A DNA stretch of 64,000 nt from an uncultured bacterium (GTDB lineage Bacteria > Muiribacteriota > Ozemobacteria > Ozemobacterales > Ozemobacteraceae), in assembly GCA_937949615.1 (NCBI GenBank), contig CALEDQ010000008.1, positions 827,556 to 891,555 of the forward strand, in the 5' to 3' direction. The notes under the pieces are model-generated. The model did not search any database. It worked only from the letters and a program-made list of their open reading frames with translations, and was not told the DNA's origin. Position numbers and translations under genes: made by a program. Shown here piece after piece: positions 27,441-34,875 of the stretch. Numbering within the stretch: position 1 is the stretch's first letter; each line of letters opens with the position of its first letter.

Positions 27441-27456
27441 CGCAAGCAATGTACCT
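27441..27456 (-). promoter_or_regulatory. Sigma-54-type promoter candidate (aGGTAC-N5-TTGCg) upstream of the tandem pseudopilin genes
   Basis: The minus strand reads AGGTACATTGCTTGCG, with GG/GC spacing as in the consensus. It lies ~130 nt upstream of the TTG start at 27311 and shares the GGTACA core with the 25005-25021 candidate. Confidence 0.4.
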
Positions 27457-27687
27457 TTTTTTCAATTCACAAAGACTCGCAGACATCACCCTAAAAAGAC
27501 TAGAAGAAGAACCTGACCACACAACACATTACATCAATTCAGACAATCCGATTTAAAACAAAACACACACATGTGATTTTTTCACACCTTCAAGCCGAGG
27601 AATTTCGCACATTCAACCGTGAGGCAACCCAGCCTCACAAAGGAATTTTTCCCCGGAATAATACAGAATTTTTTATCATTACAAATT

Positions 27688-28446
27688 TCATTTTTTACGT
27701 TTTTCAATCACCAGGTTATCAACCCGGCCAAGGCGCTGGGGTTTGGGCGAATAGTCAACAATAGATTCAATATATTCACGTGGGAACAACCTGGTTTGCC
27801 CCGGAACCAAAGTCGGCGCAATCGGTGGCGCAAAATCGATTCTTGCCTTGAAATAGTTGTCACCAGGCCTTACAACTGCTGAACCCAGGGCCTTTTTCGG
27901 CAAATCGGTTTCAAAATCGATACCCAGCGGATCTTTCAACTGTGCCGGCCGCGAAAAAGTCAGCTCGATATAATCACTGATATCAACCAGATTGTTCAGA
28001 TTAACATCGACATACTCAGCCCTGGTAACAAAAAAGTTCTGTGGCAGGTAATAAACGGCGATATCATCACTCTCTGAAGCGACATTAGTCGTCTGAGGTC
28101 TTCCATCAGGGCCGCAGGAAAAAACTACACCCTGCTTTACGTCATGCAGGTAATATACTCCCCAGGGGTCACGCGGTGGTTCCTTTTCAAGATATGTTCC
28201 GATAAAGGTTCCGAGAGCCTGCGGCGAAAAAACCTCTGTCTCAAACTGTCTTGATTCCTTGATGTTATAGAGACGCACCGCCTTAACCAGCTCATCGATA
28301 TCGGCGCGGGCGCGGGTAATTCGGGTGCTGGCAATATGGCGACGGTATTCCTCAAGTGCGAAAATCAGCAGGGCAGAAATGATCAGCAGGGTTACCAGCA
28401 ACTCTATCAGAGCGAAACCCTTGGCAAACCTGCGGTTCATTGGCAC
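27688..28446 (-). CDS. Extended GspG-like pseudopilin, 252 aa
   Basis: MPMNRRFAKGFALIELLVTLLIISALLIFALEEYRRH, then PRDPWG and CGPDGRPQ. The linker is YYLPQNFFVTRAEYVDVNLNNLVDISDYIELTFSRPA. The C-terminal tip is variable. Confidence 0.8.
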   Translation of the reverse strand: MPMNRRFAKGFALIELLVTLLIISALLIFALEEYRRHIASTRITRARADIDELVKAVRLYNIKESRQFETEVFSPQALGTFIGTYLEKEPPRDPWGVYYLHDVKQGVVFSCGPDGRPQTTNVASESDDIAVYYLPQNFFVTRAEYVDVNLNNLVDISDYIELTFSRPAQLKDPLGIDFETDLPKKALGSAVVRPGDNYFKARIDFAPPIAPTLVPGQTRLFPREYIESIVDYSPKPQRLGRVDNLVIEKRKK

Positions 28447-28582
28447 AACCTGCTTTCTTTTATTTACGAAACTCGATCAGATTTCTATACCCCTTCGGGG
28501 CATGAACGCCGGAATAACAACTGCTTCAATCCTTCGCAACCTTCGTCCCTACTACAAGCTCAGGGACTGAAGGAGTCGGGAA

Positions 28583-30466
28583 TCAGTCAAGACCAACGGT
28601 TACAGAATCCTGCGATGGAACTTCTTCGTCGAGATAATCGACGTTGACCAGTCTCGGAGTGACCAGCATGATCATTTCAGAATTGTTGGTCTTGTTGTTA
28701 TTATGAGTCAAAAGTGTCTTCAGCAGAGGAACTTTATTGAGAAGCGACGGCGAGTTTTTCTGCTCAGAGCCCTGATGATTGATAAGACCGCCAAGCACTA
28801 CCGTTTCGCCGTTCTTGATGCGGACATAGGTCTGGGTATTTCTTTCTGAGCGATGGATCTGACCGTCTTCGTTGATATTGAGAACTGAGTCAACGGTGGT
28901 GTTGAGCTCCATGCTGATTTCGTTGTCACGAGTGATCTCGGGAGTAACTTCGAGTCTGATACCAACTTGAACGTCGCGGTATTCTTTATACACCTGGGGA
29001 GTATATCCCAGGTAACTGTTACTGGCGTTTTCATATCTGAAATACGGCACCGGAATCACTTCGCCGATATTGATCGAGGCTTTTTTACCATGCACAGCCC
29101 TGATCTTCGGGCTGGCAAGCACCTTCGCCTTGCTTTCCTGTTCAAGGAAATCGAGAGTGGCAGGCAGAGCGTAATTGCTGGGCAGACGACCGATATCGCC
29201 GACGTTGATCTTGTAGCCATCGAGCTTGATACCAAGCTGACGCAGGCTGGTGCGGTTGATTTCGACCAGTTTAACTTCGATAACCGCCTGTTTAACTTTC
29301 TCATCGACGCTTTCGATGATTTTTTCAATCAGGTTGAGGTTTTCGACCGTGTCATATACAGAGAGAGTATTGATTCTTTCGTTCAGCGAGAAGTTACCGG
29401 TGTCGATCTTTTCAGCGAGCGACTTGCTGCTGCTGATCATTTTAACGACTTCTTCAGGCTTGGCATTGATCAGTTTGAACGTGCGATACTGCTTCTTGCC
29501 AAATTCACTGGCGCTGTCCTTGGCCAGAATGACGAAGGTATTGTCGTTGTGAGGCTTCTTCACCAGTCCGTTGGTTTCGATCAGCAGATCGAGAAGCTCA
29601 TCGAGATTGAGGTTTTCGACATAAAAATTAACCTGTTTGTCTTCAACGCTTTCATGAATGATGAGGTTGATGTTCATCATTTTCGACAGAGTCTGCAGCG
29701 CGTCCTTAAGACTCAGATCGCGGAAAAGGAGCTCACGTGCCATTCTGCTGCTGTCAGTGCCGAGCGAAATAACCGTCAGATCGCGCCCCTTGAGGGTATA
29801 CTGAAAGTTTCTCTGCAGAAGCAGGTTTTTGAGGATTTCGCGCAAAGTCACATCCTGTGCATTAACGCTGAATTTCCCCTTAACGCCTGAATCGGCAAAA
29901 ATTCTCAGGTTGAATTTGACCGCCAGGGCGTTAAGAATAGTCATAAGATCTTCCTGATCGAAGCTCAAACTGACTCTCGCATCGAGCACGCTTGCTGAAC
30001 TTCCTGAAAAAGCGGCCATTTCAGCGGCGTTTCCGGCAGCAACCTTTGCAAGCGGTGAAGTTTCTAGAACCAGGTTTCGGTCGACCCTCCTTGGACTGAC
30101 CTTAAGTGGTTCATTAAAGACGATAATCGCCCTGACAACGTCGGGGCGTGTGCTTACCTGACTGATACGCATAAATTTCACCAGCGAATGTGGAGCGGGG
30201 ATAATAGTGCTGGCAGCGGCGAATTCCCAGTCATAAAAATCGGCGCGGACAACTTCCGGAGCTTCCATGGTTACGTTGAATTCCTTTACTTCATGTGCAG
30301 GAAACAGCACCATGCCATTGGCCCCATATCCGGCAATTTTCAGCTCGGTCAGCTTTTCAGCTGCTCCTGCCGGCATACTTATAATAACCGCCAGCAGAAA
30401 AACCAGAGCCAGCCGCACATTACAGCACGTGTGCCGCAGGTCTCTGCAGTTTTTTAGAAACTTCAT
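28583..30466 (-). CDS. Secretin (PilQ/GspD family) with N-terminal AMIN/STN-like domains
   Basis: Start set at the ATG with an AAGGAG Shine-Dalgarno (MKFLKNCRDL..., signal peptide). The central region has N0/N1-like domains. The C-terminal secretin domain includes ETVVLGGLINHQ...KVPLLKTLL...MIMLVTPRLV. Confidence 0.85.
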   Translation of the reverse strand: MKFLKNCRDLRHTCCNVRLALVFLLAVIISMPAGAAEKLTELKIAGYGANGMVLFPAHEVKEFNVTMEAPEVVRADFYDWEFAAASTIIPAPHSLVKFMRISQVSTRPDVVRAIIVFNEPLKVSPRRVDRNLVLETSPLAKVAAGNAAEMAAFSGSSASVLDARVSLSFDQEDLMTILNALAVKFNLRIFADSGVKGKFSVNAQDVTLREILKNLLLQRNFQYTLKGRDLTVISLGTDSSRMARELLFRDLSLKDALQTLSKMMNINLIIHESVEDKQVNFYVENLNLDELLDLLIETNGLVKKPHNDNTFVILAKDSASEFGKKQYRTFKLINAKPEEVVKMISSSKSLAEKIDTGNFSLNERINTLSVYDTVENLNLIEKIIESVDEKVKQAVIEVKLVEINRTSLRQLGIKLDGYKINVGDIGRLPSNYALPATLDFLEQESKAKVLASPKIRAVHGKKASINIGEVIPVPYFRYENASNSYLGYTPQVYKEYRDVQVGIRLEVTPEITRDNEISMELNTTVDSVLNINEDGQIHRSERNTQTYVRIKNGETVVLGGLINHQGSEQKNSPSLLNKVPLLKTLLTHNNNKTNNSEMIMLVTPRLVNVDYLDEEVPSQDSVTVGLD

Positions 30467-30567
30467 AAGCCGCTCCTTAATCAAATGATCAATTGCAAAA
30501 AAATTAATATCCCCGTTACATCATTCGACATCTGCAAAACAAAACTTTATAGCAAATTAAAAATTTG

Positions 30568-30603
30568 AAAAAAAAAGAGCGGCCCGCAAGCCGCTCTTTT
30601 TTT
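30568..30603. terminator. Bidirectional rho-independent terminator between gspF and the secretin gene
   Basis: Stem gagcggc (30577-30583) pairs with gccgctc (30590-30596) around loop ccgcaa. An A9 tract lies 5' and a T9 tract 3', so it terminates gspF on the minus strand. Confidence 0.7.
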
Positions 30604-30616
30604 ACGGAAGCTGAAT

Positions 30617-31777
30617 TTACATGGCCGGCTGAGTTGCGCCTGTTGAACCGCCCGAAACGACACGGGCCATACGAAAAATCGGCAGATACATCGCCAGTAC
30701 GATAACACCGACAATAGCACCAATAACAACAATGAAAGCCGGCTCAACCAGTGCCGTGATCTGATCGATCAAGAAATTGATTTCGTCTTCGTAAAATTCA
30801 GCAACCTTCTCCAACATTTCATCGAGATTACCAGATTCTTCACCGACCTCGATCATCTGAGTCGACAGCTCAGGCATGATCTCGACCTTGGCCAGAGCCC
30901 TCGATATCGGAATACCACCCTCAACTTCTTTAACAACGTCGTCGAGAGATTCCTGGATAATCATATTTTCAACGGCTTCATTACTGATCTTCATCGCAGA
31001 AATAATATTGATGCCCGACTCGAAAAGCGTCGCCAGGTTTCTGGCATAAAGAGCAATGATGTATTTCTGCAACAGACCTCCGAAAACAGGCAACTTCAGC
31101 TTGACCCAGTCGAAAAAGTGACGCCCGGAACGGGTCTGATCGATCTGAAAAAGAATGATAAAAAAAGCCAGGCCGGCAGCAAAAAGCAGCAGAAGATTGT
31201 TTCCGATAAAACCTGAAAAATTGATCACCTGCTGGGTCAGCCAGGGCAGTTCTTGATTGAACTGGGTAAACAGATTGGCAAACTGCGGAATGACGAACAG
31301 CATCAGGAACATGACGACCAGAGCTGCCACCGCAGAAATGATCAACGGATAGGTCATCGCCCCGATAACGCGGCGACGAATAGATATCTGCCGTTCCATA
31401 AGCTTGGTCAGGCGGTCGAGGACCATGACCAGTCGACCAGACTCTTCGCCAACCTTTATCAGATTCGAATAGAGCATGCCGAAAATATCATCGTGCTTTT
31501 TAAAACACATATGCAGAGGCATGCCGCCTTCTACTTCGGTCTTGGAATCCCAAATGATTTTTCTGAAGCGCCAGGTCTTCATCTGACGCGAAAGGGTGCC
31601 CAGTGACCGCAAAACCGAAATACCGGCACGGGAAAGGGTAGTGAAATATTTAGTGAACAACAGGCGCTCACTCAGCCCGATATTACCGTAAAACGGGTTC
31701 AGATATGACAGAACCGGCCGGTTCTCTTCTCCTGGACCCTCTTGCCTGACATCTTCATTAGTGTTTAAATCTACCAT
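30617..31777 (-). CDS. gspF: Type II secretion / type IV pilus platform protein GspF/PilC family
   Basis: 386 aa with the typical duplicated GspF cytoplasmic domains (LLFTKYFTTLSRAGISVLRSLGTLS ... LYARNLATLFESGINIISAMKI) and three TM segments. Confidence 0.85.
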   Translation of the reverse strand: MVDLNTNEDVRQEGPGEENRPVLSYLNPFYGNIGLSERLLFTKYFTTLSRAGISVLRSLGTLSRQMKTWRFRKIIWDSKTEVEGGMPLHMCFKKHDDIFGMLYSNLIKVGEESGRLVMVLDRLTKLMERQISIRRRVIGAMTYPLIISAVAALVVMFLMLFVIPQFANLFTQFNQELPWLTQQVINFSGFIGNNLLLLFAAGLAFFIILFQIDQTRSGRHFFDWVKLKLPVFGGLLQKYIIALYARNLATLFESGINIISAMKISNEAVENMIIQESLDDVVKEVEGGIPISRALAKVEIMPELSTQMIEVGEESGNLDEMLEKVAEFYEDEINFLIDQITALVEPAFIVVIGAIVGVIVLAMYLPIFRMARVVSGGSTGATQPAM

Positions 31778-31810
31778 CTTTGCCGCTCCATGATTATTTT
31801 CTGATTTATT

Positions 31811-32233
31811 TTACCACGGCATCTCAGTACCATTTAATTTTATTCTGACATCGCGAATCTGTTTTCCGGCAGGAACAAGTTCCTGATCTGCCCAGAGATA
31901 AACCCGTTCATAAAAGCTAACCGTATCAAGACTTGAATTGTATTCAAGACGCAGCTTTGCATCTCCGGCAAGAGGTGTGATGAGAACCGATTCGACAGAT
32001 TGCTGCAGATACGGCCCCTCAAGCAATTTCAGACTGGTCGGGTATGCCATGTTATCTTTAAAATATCGGGAAATTGCATCGCGAACAATCTTCAGATTGG
32101 TTCTCGCAGTGTTTTCCCGGGCTTCCGGCAGAATGTCGGCATAATAGTTATAGCCGACCCCGGCGAGGACGGCTATTATTGCAACCACGATCAGCATTTC
32201 CATGAGGGTGAAGCCCCCACGCTGTCTATTCAT
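31811..32233 (-). CDS. gspG: Type II secretion major pseudopilin GspG (canonical size, 140 aa)
   Basis: MNRQRGGFTLMEMLIVVAIIAVLAGVGYNYYADILPEARENTARTNLKIVRDAISRY. The prepilin leader has G at -1 and E at +5. Its start overlaps the stop of the upstream Wza-like gene by 8 nt. Confidence 0.85.
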   Translation of the reverse strand: MNRQRGGFTLMEMLIVVAIIAVLAGVGYNYYADILPEARENTARTNLKIVRDAISRYFKDNMAYPTSLKLLEGPYLQQSVESVLITPLAGDAKLRLEYNSSLDTVSFYERVYLWADQELVPAGKQIRDVRIKLNGTEMPW

Positions 32234-33086
32234 CTCTAACCATCATCACTGTCTGTTCGGCCGGGCCCTTGAAGTCAACTACCTGACGGTGCTGACGATA
32301 GCCCTTGCGCTTCAGAGTAATTTCTCCAAATTCTTTTTTGATCAGGCTGATCTTGAAAGACCCCTGTCGGTTGGTTGAAACCTTCGCATCGTCGAGCAGA
32401 ACTTCAACATTCGGAAGCGGCTGGCGGGTAAAGGCATCTACAACAGTGATTGTAACAGAGTCTGCGAGTTTGATTGGCTTCAGGTAGATTTTCGACGGGT
32501 TCCCGGCCTTGAGCATCTCTTCTAACTGACCAGCAGCAGTTGAGAAACCATCAGCAATGATGACCACATAACCGGAACTCTCGTCAAGCAGAATCTGACC
32601 AAGACGGTTCGACTGATAGATCTTGTTACCGAGCATCATGGCGACATCTGCAATACCGTTTCTGGAACCAGCATCGACGATTTCAACAAGAACCTGTCGG
32701 TCTGCAGCCGGAGCTGAAGCGGCGTTGTCGGCACCTGCCGGAGAAACCGGTGCAGTGTCACTCTTGGCGACTGCTTTTGCCGAACCTTTGCCTTTAAGAG
32801 TTACCTGAACCAGAGGGTCTTTTAGATAGCCATCTTCAAGCATCTGCGAGATCAGACGGGCTGCGTCGGTAGTTTTCATACCAGTGACACCAACAGAACC
32901 GATCAAGGGCATAATGATGCTTCCGTCTCTGCCTACCTGTCTCTCTACCGACAGTTCTGGTTCACCTTTGACCCAGATACTGATGGTATCACCGGCCCCA
33001 AGCAAAGCGGGCGCGGCCGCATTAACCAGGCCAGACGCGCTTACCAGGCCGATGAAAATAAAGATTAACCACTTAATTTTGTTCAT
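32226..33086 (-). CDS. Periplasmic polysaccharide export protein (Wza/OPX-like Poly_export domain) with a C-terminal carboxypeptidase-regulatory-like beta domain
   Basis: A signal peptide precedes a Poly_export signature GDTISIWVKGEPELSVERQVGRDGSIIMPLIGSVGVTGMKTTDAARLISQMLEDGYLKDPLVQV. An Ala-rich linker follows. The C-terminal VEVLLDDAKVSTNRQGSFKISL...GYRQHRQVV resembles a CarboxypepD_reg-like domain. There is no C-terminal amphipathic helix. Confidence 0.7.
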   Translation of the reverse strand: MNKIKWLIFIFIGLVSASGLVNAAAPALLGAGDTISIWVKGEPELSVERQVGRDGSIIMPLIGSVGVTGMKTTDAARLISQMLEDGYLKDPLVQVTLKGKGSAKAVAKSDTAPVSPAGADNAASAPAADRQVLVEIVDAGSRNGIADVAMMLGNKIYQSNRLGQILLDESSGYVVIIADGFSTAAGQLEEMLKAGNPSKIYLKPIKLADSVTITVVDAFTRQPLPNVEVLLDDAKVSTNRQGSFKISLIKKEFGEITLKRKGYRQHRQVVDFKGPAEQTVMMVRDE

Positions 33087-33330
33087 ATTTGTCCATTAAG
33101 TTAGATTAGGCTGCAAACTATATCGGACAACGATTATCATTTACTTAGTAGAAAAATAACATATTTTATCTGCAATACAAAATTTTTTAGCGGATAAGAT
33201 GGTAAACACAAGCCTTTTTCTTTCCGGCAAATTTCGCTTATGCAATCGCCAGACCTGCCAAAACCCTCATTTAGAAATAATCAGTTGCCAAAAAAAGCCA
33301 TAGAAAGCCGGAAGCAACTAATTTAACGGC

Positions 33331-34785
33331 TCAGTGCTGTTTGCGGGCTGATGAGCTCGGAATATTCAATTCGATGCGATACTTGGCAACTGTGCGGCGG
33401 GCAAGAAAAATACCGTCTTTTTTCAGCAAATCTACGATATGACTGTCAGAAAGAGGTTTTTTGGGGTTCTCTGCCTTTACCAGGTCGTCAATGCGTTTCT
33501 TGACAGCCATCGTTGACACGTCTTCACCGCTCTGAGTCCGAGCCGCGCCTGAAAAGAAAAACTTCAGTTCGAAAAGACCGCGCGGCGTCTGCACATATTT
33601 GCCGCTGGTGGCGCGGCTGACCGTCGACTCATGCACGCCGGCCATGCCGGCGACATCCTGAAGGGTCAGGGGCTTGAGATGCAGAATACCAAAGTCGAGA
33701 AAGTCGCGCTGTACTTCACAGATGGCACGGGTAACGCTGAGAATTGTCTCTTTGCGTTTATCGACATATTTAAGAAAAGACCTGGCGGCTTCGAGTTTGT
33801 TGCGAATGAACTCGTAGGTCTCTTTCTCAGTTTTATCGCGGTGTTTCATCGCATCTTTGTAAAGGTTGTTGATACGCAGCCGCGGCAGATCACGTTCATT
33901 CATGGTGACAACATACTCATCGTCGACTTTTTCAACAAAAACTTCGGGCGAAACATAGATTTCGTCGCCAGTTGAAGGAAAACTTGCGCCAGGCTTCGGG
34001 TTAAAGCCTTTGATGATCTCGACCGCGGCCTGCACATCTTCAAGCTCGAAACCAGTGGCCTTAATGATATTGTTGATGCGATTCTGGGCGAGATCTTCAA
34101 GATGACTGGAAATAATTGCAGTCACGGCGTCATCACCATATCCCTCTTCGTGGGCCTGAATGAGCAGACATTCACGCAAATCGAAGGCCCCTACCCCGGC
34201 CGGATCCATGGTTTGAATCGCCTTGCGAATTCTCTCAACCACGGCAGTATCAACCTTCAACAGCTCAGAAATCTGCTCGCTGGTGTGCCTGAGATAGCCA
34301 TTGCGGTCGATCAGACCGATCAGATATTCACCGATCTTCTGTTCGGTCGGATTGAGGTTGACCTCACGCAGCTGAGTAGTCAGATGTTCGCGCAGATTGC
34401 TTTTTTTCGAGACGAAATTTTCGAATGATGTTTCTTCGTCGCGATTGTAGCTGCCTGAAGAAATTTTGAACTCTGAATGTTCGTTATCTTCAATATATCT
34501 CTGCCAGTCGACACCAAAATCATCACGACCGGCTTCTTTGAATTCGCGTGACGGCGGCCCGGCTTCCGGAAGCTTCTCGCCAAGTTTTTCGAGCGGCAGT
34601 TCGTTCTGCTTGGCCGACTTCTCATCAAGTTCAACGACCGGATTGGTTTCAAGCACCTCGAGAATCTGATTTTTCAGCTCAACGCTGTTAAGCTGCAGAA
34701 TCTTGATCGCAAGCTGCATCTCCGGGGTCATTTTCAGGGTCTGGGTGAGCTTCTGAGACAACCCGAGTCTGAGTGAATTATCCAT
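33331..34785 (-). CDS. rpoN: RNA polymerase sigma-54 factor
   Basis: N-terminal region I is MDNSLRLGLSQKLTQTLKMTPEMQLAIKILQL. A C-terminal HTH and RpoN box are present (ARRTVAKYRIELNIPSSSARK). Length is 484 aa. Confidence 0.9.
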   Translation of the reverse strand: MDNSLRLGLSQKLTQTLKMTPEMQLAIKILQLNSVELKNQILEVLETNPVVELDEKSAKQNELPLEKLGEKLPEAGPPSREFKEAGRDDFGVDWQRYIEDNEHSEFKISSGSYNRDEETSFENFVSKKSNLREHLTTQLREVNLNPTEQKIGEYLIGLIDRNGYLRHTSEQISELLKVDTAVVERIRKAIQTMDPAGVGAFDLRECLLIQAHEEGYGDDAVTAIISSHLEDLAQNRINNIIKATGFELEDVQAAVEIIKGFNPKPGASFPSTGDEIYVSPEVFVEKVDDEYVVTMNERDLPRLRINNLYKDAMKHRDKTEKETYEFIRNKLEAARSFLKYVDKRKETILSVTRAICEVQRDFLDFGILHLKPLTLQDVAGMAGVHESTVSRATSGKYVQTPRGLFELKFFFSGAARTQSGEDVSTMAVKKRIDDLVKAENPKKPLSDSHIVDLLKKDGIFLARRTVAKYRIELNIPSSSARKQH

Positions 34786-34875
34786 TTTATGACAAACCTT
34801 ACTGAAACTTTGATGAGAGAAATCTATCTCAAGGCCATTATACCGTATCAGACCAATTACAACAACCGCAGAGTT

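Noticed and set aside
23282-28446. Possibility that the extended pseudopilins belong to the PVC-type prepilin H-X9-DG family
   Set aside because: The C-termini end in ...GHNTIFDQSPDKNY and ...SHGEIFDVAAPKNY-type sequences without an H-x9-D-G spacing. They instead share the PPLA..VD..FSR linker.
28447-28582. cccc-ttcg-gggg mini-hairpin downstream of the secretin gene as a terminator
   Set aside because: The stem is only 4 bp with no U-tract on the minus strand. The secretin and the next pseudopilin gene are more likely co-transcribed.
28967-29890. 307-aa plus-strand ORF
   Set aside because: It lies entirely within the secretin gene on the opposite strand, and the secretin has clear family motifs. 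It is a shadow ORF.
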